A stretch of DNA of 64,000 bases from Candidatus Moraniibacteriota bacterium (GTDB lineage: Bacteria > Patescibacteriota > Minisyncoccia > Moranbacterales > UBA1568), in the NCBI GenBank assembly GCA_018061645.1, contig JAGOTT010000004.1, forward strand, positions 4,784-68,783, given 5' to 3'. The notes beneath the pieces were generated by a model, which ran no database searches, was not told where the DNA came from, and saw only the letters and a program-made list of their open reading frames with translations. Position 1 is the first letter of the stretch. Each line of letters starts with the position of its first letter. Position numbers and translations under genes: made by a program. Below are positions 1 through 9,910 of this stretch, one piece after another.

Positions 1-143
1 AGCTCGTCGGCCGCTTCGCCGATCGCTCCGGTAGATACCCCGGGAATCGCCATACCCGAAAGATCGACAACGACTTCCGCAAGCCGTTTTCCTGACTCGC
101 GCAATCCGTCAAGTTCCTCATCCGTCTTGATCCATTCATTCAT
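1..143 (-). CDS. map: methionine aminopeptidase, N-terminal part (gene runs off the window start)
   Basis: Reverse strand reads MNEWIKTDEELDGLRESGKRLAEVV from an ATG at about 143. Its position directly downstream of adk in the spc cluster is the conserved map position. Confidence 0.6.
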   Translation of the reverse strand, partial: MNEWIKTDEELDGLRESGKRLAEVVVDLSGMAIPGVSTGAIGEAADE

Positions 144-160
144 AGGAAAATGGGAGAAAA

Positions 161-832
161 TCACTCCGCAAAAAGCTTCGACCGTATATCACTGAAAATT
201 CCCTCCGGATCGGATAATCCGGACACCCGAATCAGCTTCCCTTTTCGCTCGAAATACGACAATACTGGGAATGTCTCGTCATGGAAGACACTCCAACGTT
301 TTCTGACGCCTTCCGGCGTATCATCCGCGCGCTGAGTCACCCGACCGCCGCAATGCGAGCATCGGTCCCCCTGCATGGCATAATCCTTCCCAAGAACGAA
401 CTTCGCACCGCAATCGACGCAGGAGAAGCGACGGGAAATCCGCTCAACCGAATCCGCCTCGGATAGCTCGATGAATATCGCGTACTGGAAATCCTTTCCG
501 AAACGATCCAACACCGAAAGCACTTCGTTTATCTGGCTCTCACGACGCGGGGCTCCGTCGAGAATGACCGGCTTGCCCGCAGGAACCTTTCGAAGCTCGC
601 TTTCAAGAACGGCGCGGACAATCTCATCAGGAACGAGTTCGCGCCTCTTGTTGATGCTCTCATTGAGCTTCTCGCTGAACGGTGTGCCTTCCTGTGCGGC
701 TGCACGAAGTGCGGCACCCATATCGACGTGCGCCGCGCCGAACTCACGCTTGAAAATATCCGCCTGCGTACTCTTTCCGCTCCCCGGAGGGCCGAGAAGG
801 ATATAAGCATGCGGTCTTCGTTCGTGTTCCAT
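161..832 (-). CDS. adk: adenylate kinase
   Basis: P-loop GPPGSGKST and a zinc-lid CVDCG...CSHCGG. It lies downstream of secY. Confidence 0.9.
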   Translation of the reverse strand: MEHERRPHAYILLGPPGSGKSTQADIFKREFGAAHVDMGAALRAAAQEGTPFSEKLNESINKRRELVPDEIVRAVLESELRKVPAGKPVILDGAPRRESQINEVLSVLDRFGKDFQYAIFIELSEADSVERISRRFSCVDCGAKFVLGKDYAMQGDRCSHCGGRVTQRADDTPEGVRKRWSVFHDETFPVLSYFERKGKLIRVSGLSDPEGIFSDIRSKLFAE

Positions 833-844
833 GTTTTCGTTTTT

Positions 845-2155
845 TCAGAATCCGTCGTAATTCCGCATCGAAAGCTGACCCTGCATCTGCTTCATCATTT
901 CGAGAACGACTGAAACGACGATCAGCACTGAGACGCCGCCCAGGGTCAATGCCTGGATGTTCGTCACATTCTGCACGATGACCGGCAGCACGGCAACAGA
1001 CCCGAGGAAAACGGCACCGGCGAGGGTTATCCGGTTTATGATCCGACCGAGATATTCGGCGGTTGCGGTTCCGGGACGGATTCCGGGAATGAAGCCTCCT
1101 TGTTTCTGAAGATTCTCGGAAATCTTATATGGATCGAAGATGACCGCGGTATAGAAATACGTGAATACCGCGACCAGCACGAAATACAGTCCGGCATAGA
1201 CCCAAGGATCCTGAAGGAAGGCGTTCACCGAAACAGCGACATCCGCGATCTTCCCCGCGCCGCTTTGGGATAAATAATTCGCAACCATGCTCGGAATGAG
1301 AATGATCGAAACCGCGAAGATAATCGGGATGACACCGGCCTGATTCACGCGGAGCGGAAGATGCGTGGAAGCACCTCCATACACCCTGCTTCCTCGAAGC
1401 CGTTTCGCGTAAGAAATCGGGATGATCCGCTGACCATCATTCACGAGCACCACTCCCGCGATCGTGATGATCGCAATGGCAAAAAAGACGATGTAGGAGA
1501 ATACCTGCGATGCATCCCATGTCGAAAAAAATCTCGAAAATGCGGTTGGGAGTCCGGCGATGATACCAGCGAAAATCATTATGGAAACACCGTTTCCGAG
1601 ACCTTTTTCAGTGATAAGTTCGCCGATCCACATGAGAAATACCGTCCCGCCGACGGCAGTCGCTATCATCGCGATCATCATGAACGGGGAAAGATCCCCG
1701 AGCACGTTCTGTGAGCGAAGCAGAGATATCATCCCAAACGCTTGTATGAAGGCGAGTGGAACGGTCAGCCATCTCGTCCACATGTTGAATTTTTGACGCC
1801 CGGCCTCGCCCTCCTCCTTGTACAGCTTCTCGAGTTGCGGTGAAATCATCGTCATGAGCTGCATGATGATGGAAGCGGTGATGTATGGCGCGACACCGAG
1901 CAGCACCACTGAGATATTGGAAAGCCCACCCCCTGAGAACAGATTGAGAAGTCCGAGCAGCTGGTTCCCCTCGAACAACTCCCGGAGCGCGAGCACATCG
2001 ACGCCCGGAAGCGGGATATTGGCCGCAAACCGGTAAATGACGAGCATCGCGAGAATGAAGAGTATCTTCTCCCGAAGCTCGGGGACAACCCAGATTTGTC
2101 GCAGCGCGTGCATCATGGACGGAAAGAAAATCGTTTTTTGTTGAACGGAAGGCAA
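845..2155 (-). CDS. secY: preprotein translocase subunit SecY (start uncertain; a TTG at 2155 or an ATG-ATG about 2116)
   Basis: 436-aa polytopic membrane protein with the ...IPLPGVD... motif. It lies between rplO and adk. Confidence 0.9.
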   Translation of the reverse strand: MPSVQQKTIFFPSMMHALRQIWVVPELREKILFILAMLVIYRFAANIPLPGVDVLALRELFEGNQLLGLLNLFSGGGLSNISVVLLGVAPYITASIIMQLMTMISPQLEKLYKEEGEAGRQKFNMWTRWLTVPLAFIQAFGMISLLRSQNVLGDLSPFMMIAMIATAVGGTVFLMWIGELITEKGLGNGVSIMIFAGIIAGLPTAFSRFFSTWDASQVFSYIVFFAIAIITIAGVVLVNDGQRIIPISYAKRLRGSRVYGGASTHLPLRVNQAGVIPIIFAVSIILIPSMVANYLSQSGAGKIADVAVSVNAFLQDPWVYAGLYFVLVAVFTYFYTAVIFDPYKISENLQKQGGFIPGIRPGTATAEYLGRIINRITLAGAVFLGSVAVLPVIVQNVTNIQALTLGGVSVLIVVSVVLEMMKQMQGQLSMRNYDGF

Positions 2156-2170
2156 GGGGCCGAGACGAAA

Positions 2171-2614
2171 TTAGGCCTCTTCCCCGATCGTGCATCCCGC
2201 CGCTTTTACGGCCACAAGCGCGGTTTCCGAGAACCGGATCTTCGCATCGAATGAAAGCGCCTTCGTGAGCTTTCCGCTCGCGACGACCTTGAATCCACCA
2301 GCCACGTGCTTCGGCGAGAAAAGCTTCTTCCCGATGATCGTCGTACGGCTCACTTCTTCACCCGCATCGAAATGTTTCTCGAGAAACGAAAGCGTAAGCG
2401 TCACGCGTTTCGGCTTCGGGGACTTGAATCCTTTTACCTTCTTCATGCGTTCGAGCAGAGTGGTCCGGCCACCCTCAAACAGCGGATCGACGCTCGAGCC
2501 GGTTCGGGATTTCTGGCCGTTCGATCCGCGGCCGGCCGTGGTCCCACGGCGTCCGCCGCGACCGATGCGCTTGCGTCCCTTTTTCTTCTCTACGGAAAGA
2601 GTATGAATCTGCAT
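2171..2614 (-). CDS. rplO: 50S ribosomal protein L15
   Basis: GRGGRRGTTAGRGSNGQKSRTG motif. It directly follows rpsE, with no L30 gene between them. Confidence 0.9.
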   Translation of the reverse strand: MQIHTLSVEKKKGRKRIGRGGRRGTTAGRGSNGQKSRTGSSVDPLFEGGRTTLLERMKKVKGFKSPKPKRVTLTLSFLEKHFDAGEEVSRTTIIGKKLFSPKHVAGGFKVVASGKLTKALSFDAKIRFSETALVAVKAAGCTIGEEA

Positions 2615-2628
2615 ACGTTCAAGATAGC

Positions 2629-3168
2629 TTATTTCTTCGATTCCGTCTTCATCGTCTTCGACTCTTCTCCGGTTTCGACGACAACCGCAGGCGCCGCTTC
2701 CGGAAGGTTGCGGAGTTCACCGAGAGCAAGCACCGTCGCTCGGGCAAGATTGAGCGCATTCGACGAGCCGAGAGATTTGGAAACGACATCCTTCACACCG
2801 AGAAGATCGGCCACCGCACGGACTGCGCCGCCCGCAATAAGCCCGCGACCTTCCTTTCCCGGCTTGAGCATGACCTTGGCGCTTCCATATTTCGCGTACA
2901 CGTCGTGCGCGATGGTTCCACCGACCAGCGCCACCGAGGCCATATTCTTTTTCGCATCATTGAACGCCTTCTGGATGGCATCCGAAACATCGGCACCCTT
3001 GGCGACACCGACTCCGACCTTTCCCTTCCGATTCCCGATGATCAGCGTCGCGCGAAAACGGAAACGACGGCCTCCTTTCACCACACGGGTGACACGGGCA
3101 AGATCCAGAAGTTTCTGATCGAACTCCGGCTTCTCTCTCCTACCACCCCTTTTCATCTGCTTTGCCAT
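2629..3168 (-). CDS. rpsE: 30S ribosomal protein S5
   Basis: RVTRVVKGGRRFRFRATLIIGNRKGKVGVGVAKG motif. Confidence 0.9.
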   Translation of the reverse strand: MAKQMKRGGRREKPEFDQKLLDLARVTRVVKGGRRFRFRATLIIGNRKGKVGVGVAKGADVSDAIQKAFNDAKKNMASVALVGGTIAHDVYAKYGSAKVMLKPGKEGRGLIAGGAVRAVADLLGVKDVVSKSLGSSNALNLARATVLALGELRNLPEAAPAVVVETGEESKTMKTESKK

Positions 3169-3182
3169 ACGATTCCAACCGT

Positions 3183-3539
3183 TTAGAACTTAAGTCCGGC
3201 CTCGCGCGCTCCATCCGCGACCGCCTTCACTTTCCCATGATACCGGTATCCGGAACGGTCGAAAACGACCGATGCGATACCCGCTTTCGCACACTTCTCA
3301 CCGACGGTCTTCCCCAGGAGAAACGCGCCCTCGACCGTATTCCCAGCCTTTTTACCGAGCTCGCGGATATCCGCGGACACGAGCGTCCGGCCGGCGACAT
3401 CATCGATCACCTGTACGGAAATATTCCGAAGACTCCTGAAAACCGAAAGTCTCGGACACTCGGCCGTTCCGGAAATTTTCGCGCGGACTCTCCTCGCGCG
3501 AGCTATCCGCCTCTCTTTTCTTGATACTTGCTTTATCAT
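3183..3539 (-). CDS. rplR: 50S ribosomal protein L18
   Basis: 118-aa basic protein at the spc-cluster position between L6 and S5. Confidence 0.85.
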   Translation of the reverse strand: MIKQVSRKERRIARARRVRAKISGTAECPRLSVFRSLRNISVQVIDDVAGRTLVSADIRELGKKAGNTVEGAFLLGKTVGEKCAKAGIASVVFDRSGYRYHGKVKAVADGAREAGLKF

Positions 3540-3563
3540 AATGGTGGATTCAGCGTCTCATGA

Positions 3564-4100
3564 TTAGGCGGAAGCCTTCTTTCCTTCCTTTCTCCGGACG
3601 ATCTCATCGACATACTTGAACCCTTTCCCCTTGTATGGCTCAACCGGCTTGAGACCGCGGACTTCAGCCGCGAACTGACCAACCTTCTGCTTGTCGATTC
3701 CCGAAAGAATAAGTATGTTCGCCTCGATTTTCGCCTCGATTCCGTCAGGAATCATCACTTCGACCGGATGAGAGAATCCGAGAGCGAGATTGATCTTTTT
3801 CCCTTGGACGGCCATACGGAATCCGACCCCGTTCAATTCGAGGCGTTTCTCGAATCCCTTGGTCACGCCTTCGATCATGTTCGCGATAGCCTTTGCCGTA
3901 GTACCCCAAACCGCCTGGGCGCGCTTAGCCTCACCGACCTTGGACACGGTAAAGACGCCGTCCGTAAGCGCCACGGAAACGTCCGGATGATGGGCGAAAG
4001 AGAGCGTTCCTTTCGGACCTTTCACCGAAATGACATTCGCGCGAACGGATGCCTCGACACCGGTCGATACCGACACTGGTTTTTTACCGATTCTACTCAT
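3564..4100 (-). CDS. rplF: 50S ribosomal protein L6
   Basis: Trimmed to the MSRIGKKPVSV start (ATG at 4098-4100). The ORF-track extension back to 4142 is likely a frame artifact. Confidence 0.85.
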   Translation of the reverse strand: MSRIGKKPVSVSTGVEASVRANVISVKGPKGTLSFAHHPDVSVALTDGVFTVSKVGEAKRAQAVWGTTAKAIANMIEGVTKGFEKRLELNGVGFRMAVQGKKINLALGFSHPVEVMIPDGIEAKIEANILILSGIDKQKVGQFAAEVRGLKPVEPYKGKGFKYVDEIVRRKEGKKASA

Positions 4101-4185
4101 AAGATAAGCTCTAACCATTAACCGCCGGCCGTTAGCCCCCATATTACGATTCCGGAAGCCGAAGGCTGGACGCTAAAAACTGTAT

Positions 4186-4590
4186 TTACCAGACTTCGCA
4201 GATATACTCGCCGCCAAGCCCCTGGCGATACGCGTCCTCACCGGCCATGACTCCTTTCGATGTGGAAACGATCGCAACGCCATATCCGTTCTTCACTTTC
4301 TTCACATCGCCCTTTTTCGCATAGACCCGATTTCCTTCCTTGCTGATACGACGGAGTTCCCGGATAGCCGGATCAAGCTTGAGAGGCGCACTTTCGGAGT
4401 ACTTGAGCGTGACCGTCAGCGTCTCTTTCGGCCCTTCGGATCCACTGGCGATCGAACCCACAAAGCCGCGATCCTCAAGAACGCGGAGGATTGCCAGTTT
4501 TATCTTCGAAGCCGGAAAGGAAACGGTCTTATGACCCGCCCTTTGCGCGTTCCGGATTCTGGTCAGCATGTCTGCTATTGGATCAAGCAT
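4186..4590 (-). CDS. rpsH: 30S ribosomal protein S8
   Basis: MLDPIADMLTRIRNA N-terminus. Confidence 0.9.
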   Translation of the reverse strand: MLDPIADMLTRIRNAQRAGHKTVSFPASKIKLAILRVLEDRGFVGSIASGSEGPKETLTVTLKYSESAPLKLDPAIRELRRISKEGNRVYAKKGDVKKVKNGYGVAIVSTSKGVMAGEDAYRQGLGGEYICEVW

Positions 4591-4620
4591 ACGAAAATTC
4601 TTACTTCAAAAGGATGTCTT

Positions 4621-4806
4621 TTACCACGATGCCTTCCGCACGCCGGGAATCTCGCCTTTGGAGGCCAGTTCACGGAAGCAGATACGGCAGAGATCGTACC
4701 GACGGAGATATCCATGCTTCCGTCCGCACTTCCAGCACCGATTCACGACACGAGTCGAGAATTTCGGGTGCTTTTCCGCCCTCGCTTGTACTGAAGTCTT
4801 CGCCAT
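4621..4806 (-). CDS. rpsZ: 30S ribosomal protein S14, zinc-binding type Z
   Basis: 61 aa with [20 protein letters not shown]. Confidence 0.9.
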   Translation of the reverse strand: MAKTSVQARAEKHPKFSTRVVNRCWKCGRKHGYLRRYDLCRICFRELASKGEIPGVRKASW

Positions 4807-4833
4807 AAGAGATACTTTTTGAAAATGTCCGGA

Positions 4834-5382
4834 TTATTCCTCAACACGAAACGGGAACTTGAGCGTCCGGAAGAGCGCTTCACCGTCTTTCCGATCCCGC
4901 GCCGTCGTCGTCACCACGATCTGAAGGCCAAATATCGTCTGCACCTTTTCTGGAACGATTTCCGGAAATATCATGTGCTCGCGAAGACCGATATTGCAAT
5001 TTCCGTTTGAATCGATCGAACTTACGGGAATGCCCTGGAAATCGCGAACTCGAGGAAGAGTGGCGAGGAGAAGCCGATCGAGAAACTGCCACATACGTCG
5101 ACCGCGAAGCGTCACTTTCACACCGACTTCGAGTCCTTCACGAATTTTGAAACCAGCGATGGCTTTTCGGGCTTTCATCATGACCGGTTTCTGTCCGGTA
5201 ATCGCCACAAGCGTCTCGACGATCTCATCGACGCGGGACTGCTCCTTCAAGAATTTCCCGAGACCGACGTTCACCGTCACCTTCGCGATGCGCGGGAGAG
5301 AAAGCGTGTTTTCACGTCCGAGAGCCTTTCGGAGCTCCGGTATCGCTTCCTGGTATTTTACCTTCATGATCGGCTGTTTCAT
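4834..5382 (-). CDS. rplE: 50S ribosomal protein L5
   Basis: 182 aa at the conserved position. Confidence 0.9.
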   Translation of the reverse strand: MKQPIMKVKYQEAIPELRKALGRENTLSLPRIAKVTVNVGLGKFLKEQSRVDEIVETLVAITGQKPVMMKARKAIAGFKIREGLEVGVKVTLRGRRMWQFLDRLLLATLPRVRDFQGIPVSSIDSNGNCNIGLREHMIFPEIVPEKVQTIFGLQIVVTTTARDRKDGEALFRTLKFPFRVEE

Positions 5383-5406
5383 ATGATCGATCCTTCCACA
5401 AATTCC

Positions 5407-5718
5407 TTAGATCCGCTTCCCCGACTTCCTGCTCACACGGACTTTCCCATCGCCTTCGACCAGGTATCCGACACGGGTCGGTTTCCCGGTATGCGGGCAG
5501 ACAAGCATGACGTTCGAGACATGGATCGGAAACGGCATCTCGACCCGCTCGCCTTTCGCGCCGTCGCGTCGCGCCTTCCGGTGTTTCTTCATGACATTCA
5601 CGCCGTCGACGATCACCTTGTCTTCGCTCGGAAACACGGAAGAGACCTTCCCGCGCTTTCCGCGATCCTTTCCGGCGATCACTTCGACTTCGTCACCTTT
5701 CCTGAGTTTCATAGGCAT
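5407..5718 (-). CDS. rplX: 50S ribosomal protein L24
   Basis: Trimmed to M(PM)KLRKGDEVEVIAGKDRGKRGKV (ATG at 5716-5718). The N-terminal 38 aa in the ORF track is a frame artifact. Confidence 0.85.
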   Translation of the reverse strand: MPMKLRKGDEVEVIAGKDRGKRGKVSSVFPSEDKVIVDGVNVMKKHRKARRDGAKGERVEMPFPIHVSNVMLVCPHTGKPTRVGYLVEGDGKVRVSRKSGKRI

Positions 5719-5722
5719 GCGA

Positions 5723-6094
5723 TTAGAGGACTTCCTGAGCGAGCGAAACGATCTTCGAGAATCCCTTCTCACGGAGTTCCCGGGCGACCGGACCGAAGAT
5801 ACGCGTTCCCTTCGGATCGATTCCGTTCGCATCCACGATCACCGCCGCGTTCTCATCGAACCGGATGTAGGAATTGTCCTTTCGACGATACGCCTGCGCC
5901 TGTCTGACGATAACGGCACGGACCTTGTCACCTTTCTTCACCATCCCACGCGGTTCAGCCGATTTCACGGATGCGACGACGATATCGCCGACGGAAGCGT
6001 AGCGCCGCCGCGTCCCGCCGAGCACCTTGAAACACTCGATCACTTTCGCGCCGGAATTATCAGCCACCTTGAGTCGTGTTTCTGCCTGAATCAT
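5723..6094 (-). CDS. rplN: 50S ribosomal protein L14
   Basis: Trimmed to [17 protein letters not shown] (ATG at 6092-6094). Confidence 0.9.
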   Translation of the reverse strand: MIQAETRLKVADNSGAKVIECFKVLGGTRRRYASVGDIVVASVKSAEPRGMVKKGDKVRAVIVRQAQAYRRKDNSYIRFDENAAVIVDANGIDPKGTRIFGPVARELREKGFSKIVSLAQEVL

Positions 6095-6117
6095 AAACGT
6101 GTCGCTTTCCCGTGAAT

Positions 6118-6393
6118 TTACTGTTCCTCCGAAATGATAACCTCGTGCCGCTTCCTCCGGCTTATCGGAGCGCATTCACGAAATATGACGGCATCGCCGA
6201 CCTTATACCCGTTTTCCGAGGCATGCACGAGATATTTCTTGGTCGACCGATATTTCTTCCCGTACTTCGGATGCGTCTTGAGAGTATCGACCTTGACGGT
6301 AATCGTCTTCTCGGTCGCGACACTCGAAACGATGCCTGAGAGTTTCGGGGCCTTGGAAATCTTCCTTTCGGTTGTCTTGTTGAGAGTTGCCAT
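6118..6393 (-). CDS. rpsQ: 30S ribosomal protein S17
   Basis: 91 aa at the conserved position. Confidence 0.85.
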   Translation of the reverse strand: MATLNKTTERKISKAPKLSGIVSSVATEKTITVKVDTLKTHPKYGKKYRSTKKYLVHASENGYKVGDAVIFRECAPISRRKRHEVIISEEQ

Positions 6394-6400
6394 ATGCCCT

Positions 6401-6595
6401 TTATGCCGTTAATGCCTCTTCGCGTCCGAGCGTGAGTACGCGCGCGATATCCTTCTTTACCGTTCTCGCTTCACGATGGTTCTTCGTTTCACGACCCGCG
6501 ATCGAAAATCTGAGTTCGCGTTCCTTCCTTCTCAGTTCCAGAAGAAGTTTCTCGCGCTCACCGGACGATTGTTCCCGAAGTTCTTTCATCTTCAT
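6401..6595 (-). CDS. rpmC: 50S ribosomal protein L29
   Basis: Trimmed to MKMKELREQS... (ATG at 6593-6595). Confidence 0.8.
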   Translation of the reverse strand: MKMKELREQSSGEREKLLLELRRKERELRFSIAGRETKNHREARTVKKDIARVLTLGREEALTA

Positions 6596-6605
6596 AGCCG
6601 TATAC

Positions 6606-7028
6606 TTATTCGTTTCCGTGCCGATCGACAAATTTCGTCTTCACCGAAAGCTTGTGAGATCCGAGTCTCATCGCCTCCACTGCCGTTTCTCGTGGAACGC
6701 CATCGAGCTCGAAGAGGACCTTCCCGGCCGTCACCTTCGCGACATAGTGATCGACGCTTCCCTTCCCTTTTCCCATAGGTGTCTGTTCACCCTTCTTCGT
6801 CATCGGTTTATCCGGAAAAATACGGATCCAAACCTTTCCGCCGCGATGAATGAATCGCGTGATGGCGCGTCGTGCCGACTCGATTTGGCGTGCTGAAACG
6901 AGTCCGGTCTCGACGGCCTTGAGGCCGAAGCTCCCGAAACTCACCCGGGCACCGGCGGTCGTCGGCCCTTTCGGCCATCCGCCCCGATGGATCTTCCGGT
7001 GCTTCACTTTTCGCGGCATGAGCAACAT
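6606..7028 (-). CDS. rplP: 50S ribosomal protein L16
   Basis: [18 protein letters not shown]-terminus. Confidence 0.9.
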   Translation of the reverse strand: MLLMPRKVKHRKIHRGGWPKGPTTAGARVSFGSFGLKAVETGLVSARQIESARRAITRFIHRGGKVWIRIFPDKPMTKKGEQTPMGKGKGSVDHYVAKVTAGKVLFELDGVPRETAVEAMRLGSHKLSVKTKFVDRHGNE

Positions 7029-7054
7029 ACGATTGATTCCTAGCTTTCTTTAGA

Positions 7055-7720
7055 CTATTCCTCCGACACCCGTTCAGCAGCCTCAAACTTCTCACCTTTG
7101 AAAATCCAGACTTTCACACCGATAACACCGTAGGTCGTCCTCGCTTCATATCGGGCGAAATCGATATCGGCACGGAGAGTATGCAGCGGAATCTTTCCCT
7201 TGGCCGTCCATTCCCGTCGGGACATCTCGGCACCGCCGAGACGACCTGAAATTTCTATTTTCGCACCCTCGACACCGCGGCTCCCCATCACCTTCTCGAT
7301 CGTTCCTTTGAGCGCGCGCCGGAACGGCATACGCTTCTCAAGCTGCTCCGCGACCGACTGTGCCACAAGCATCGCGTTCTCATCGGGAGACTTCACTTCC
7401 TGAACATCGATCTTGAGATCGACCCGTTTCCCCGGGAAAAAGCGGTGTTTCGTGATACGTGCCAAATCTTCGATCCCCGAACCGCCGCGACCGATAAGTA
7501 CGCCGGGACGGGAGGAGAAGACGGTGATACGGATCGAACTCGCCGAACGATCGATATGGACATCGGCGATCCCGGCCGCCTTCCATTTCTTCACGATGAA
7601 GTCTCTCATTTCGACATCCTCGCGGAGCTTCCTCTGGAAATTTCTCGCATCGAACCAGCGGGATTTCCATCCTGCCGTGACACCGAGCCGAAATCCGATT
7701 GGGTGAACCTTCTGTCCCAT
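7055..7720 (-). CDS. rpsC: 30S ribosomal protein S3
   Basis: MGQKVHPIGFRLG, with KH and S3-C domains. Confidence 0.9.
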   Translation of the reverse strand: MGQKVHPIGFRLGVTAGWKSRWFDARNFQRKLREDVEMRDFIVKKWKAAGIADVHIDRSASSIRITVFSSRPGVLIGRGGSGIEDLARITKHRFFPGKRVDLKIDVQEVKSPDENAMLVAQSVAEQLEKRMPFRRALKGTIEKVMGSRGVEGAKIEISGRLGGAEMSRREWTAKGKIPLHTLRADIDFARYEARTTYGVIGVKVWIFKGEKFEAAERVSEE

Positions 7721-7732
7721 AACACGAAACGT

Positions 7733-8275
7733 TTAGAATGATTTTCGTTGATAGACCCGTTTGACCGCGTTCTTCCGTTCCTTCATTTCCTGTTTCACTG
7801 AAACGTCTTTCTTCGCCTCCTTTTTCTCCTCAGCTGCAAGAAGCGTATTCCCCTCGGTCGTCTTCTTCTCCGATTCGATCGGTTCGACCGATTCGGTTTT
7901 CGGAGCCTCATACTTCATCGGATCCTTCCGGTTCAACCCCTCTATCGTTTCCTCGAGCGTAAGCGTCACTTTCGAAAGACGCCTGAGAATGGGATTCGCA
8001 CGACCAAAGGCTCTCGGCTGCCAACGCTTGAGACGCGCGCCATCGCCGACCGTCACCGAAAGGACGAACAGGTTCGACGGATCGAGCCCAAAATTATGTT
8101 CCGCGTTGGCAATCGCGCTCCGGAGAAGCTTTTCCATCGGATCGGACGACCGCTTCACTTGCTTTCCAAGCTCGGTAAGAGCCTCGTCGGCGCTCATGCC
8201 GGCGATGGAGTGCGCCACGAGGCGAACCTTTCGCGGAGCGATTTTCAGATTGTTGAGATGTGCGACGACTTGCAT
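7733..8275 (-). CDS. rplV: 50S ribosomal protein L22, with about 70 aa of Lys/Glu-rich C-terminal extension
   Basis: The N-terminal 110 aa is L22-like. The tail reads ...EEKKEAKKDVSVKQEMKERKNAVKRVYQRKSF. Confidence 0.85.
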   Translation of the reverse strand: MQVVAHLNNLKIAPRKVRLVAHSIAGMSADEALTELGKQVKRSSDPMEKLLRSAIANAEHNFGLDPSNLFVLSVTVGDGARLKRWQPRAFGRANPILRRLSKVTLTLEETIEGLNRKDPMKYEAPKTESVEPIESEKKTTEGNTLLAAEEKKEAKKDVSVKQEMKERKNAVKRVYQRKSF

Positions 8276-8300
8276 ATACCGATCGATTCCTCCGGATTGA

Positions 8301-8645
8301 TTATTTCTTTACTCCCGCAGTAGCGGACTTCGCCGCTTTCGCGACATCGAGTTCGCGCTGCTTCGCCGCGGCTTCCTGCTCCTTCTGCATCTTTCCACCA
8401 TGCCTGACAAATTTCCGGGTCGGTGAAAATTCACCGAACTTGTGCCCGACCATCTCTTCCGTGACATAGACCGGGATATGCTCCCGACCATTGTGCACGC
8501 CGAAGGTGAATCCGACCATCTCCGGAGAGATGGCGCAAGCACGGGACCAGGTCTTGATGACCCCCTTATCGCCGACTTTCTTTCCTTCGAGTTTCTTGAG
8601 CACCCGAGGGTCTACATATGGTCCTTTCTTGAGACTTCGAGACAT
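8301..8645 (-). CDS. rpsS: 30S ribosomal protein S19, with Lys/Ala-rich C-terminal extension
   Basis: [12 protein letters not shown]...GHKFGEF, then the extension [27 protein letters not shown]. Confidence 0.9.
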   Translation of the reverse strand: MSRSLKKGPYVDPRVLKKLEGKKVGDKGVIKTWSRACAISPEMVGFTFGVHNGREHIPVYVTEEMVGHKFGEFSPTRKFVRHGGKMQKEQEAAAKQRELDVAKAAKSATAGVKK

Positions 8646-8699
8646 ATTCCTGGCTTTTAGCCTTTAACTTCCGGCTTTCTTAGCATTCAATCCGACGAT

Positions 8700-9527
8700 C
8701 TACTTCTTGATCCTTCGCTTCACGATGTATTTGCTGCTCGCTTTCTTCGGATTCCTGGTCTTCTTTCCAAGCGCCGGTTTCCCCCACGGAGTCTTCGGAT
8801 GCATACCGAGCGGCTGTCGCCCCTCGCCGCCTCCGTGCGGGTGGTCAACCGGGTTCATCGCGGAGCCTCGGACTGTCGGCCGCTTTCCCTTCCATCGATT
8901 GCGACCGGCCTTCCCGATGCGTTCCGCTCCATGTTCGAAATTGGATACCTGACCGATCGTCGCGTAACATTCCTTGGAAATGAGTCGGACCTCTCCTGAC
9001 GCGAGCTTGACCTGCGCCATCTCACCCTCAAGTGCCATAAGCGTCGCGGATGATCCCGCGCTCCGGACGATTTGCGCGCCGCGGCCGATCTTCATCTCGA
9101 CGCTCGAGATGATCGTTCCCGTCGGGATGTTCTTTATCTTCATCCGATTCCCTTCGGCGACCGGCACAGACTCTCCGGAAACCACATCCTGACCGACTTT
9201 CATACCGCCGGTAGCAACGATATACCGTTTCTCGCCGTCCTTGTAATGAATGAGTGCGATGAGCGCGGAGCGATTCGGATCCCGTTCGATCTGAGCGACC
9301 TTCCCGGGAATATCAAGCTTATCCTGACGGAAATCGACAAGCCGGTACATCCGTTTGTGTCCACCGCCCTGATGCCGGACGGAAATCTTTCCGTTCCCTC
9401 GACCGCCGTTCTTTTTGATCGGTCGAAGCAACGACTTTTCCGAAACCGTCGCCGAAACCTGATCCGGCTTCACGATGGACATGAATCTCCGGCCGGCCGC
9501 GTTCTTTTTGTAGATCTTTATCGCCAT
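8700..9527 (-). CDS. rplB: 50S ribosomal protein L2
   Basis: 275 aa with the GGGEGR...HPHGGG motif. Confidence 0.95.
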   Translation of the reverse strand: MAIKIYKKNAAGRRFMSIVKPDQVSATVSEKSLLRPIKKNGGRGNGKISVRHQGGGHKRMYRLVDFRQDKLDIPGKVAQIERDPNRSALIALIHYKDGEKRYIVATGGMKVGQDVVSGESVPVAEGNRMKIKNIPTGTIISSVEMKIGRGAQIVRSAGSSATLMALEGEMAQVKLASGEVRLISKECYATIGQVSNFEHGAERIGKAGRNRWKGKRPTVRGSAMNPVDHPHGGGEGRQPLGMHPKTPWGKPALGKKTRNPKKASSKYIVKRRIKK

Positions 9528-9538
9528 AACGTTTCGGA

Positions 9539-9910
9539 CTATACTCCTTTAAACATGGGGATTTCCTCGCCTTCCGGAAGCGTCACGATAGCCTTTCGCA
9601 CCGCGGATTTGAATCCGACGGATCTTCCGGAAACTTTTTTCTTCCGAGGAATATTCACCGTTCTGACCTTCTCGACCCGGACGCCATACGCTGTTCCGAC
9701 AGCCCGCTTCACATCGTCCTTTGTCGCGCCGTTCGAAATCCGAAAAACATACTGATTTCGCGCATTGAGAAGATAGGCTTTTTCCGTGACCCGAGACGAA
9801 AGGAGCACCCGACCCGCGAGAGTCTGTGCGGGAAGGGATTCCACCGCTTTCGCGATAGCGGACTTCACGGTCTTTTCATCTTTTTTCTCGAATAACGCCA
9901 TAGGATTCAA
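9539..9910 (-). CDS. rplW: 50S ribosomal protein L23
   Basis: Position between L4 and L2. Its start overlaps the rplD stop by 4 nt. Confidence 0.8.
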   Translation of the reverse strand: MNPMALFEKKDEKTVKSAIAKAVESLPAQTLAGRVLLSSRVTEKAYLLNARNQYVFRISNGATKDDVKRAVGTAYGVRVEKVRTVNIPRKKKVSGRSVGFKSAVRKAIVTLPEGEEIPMFKGV

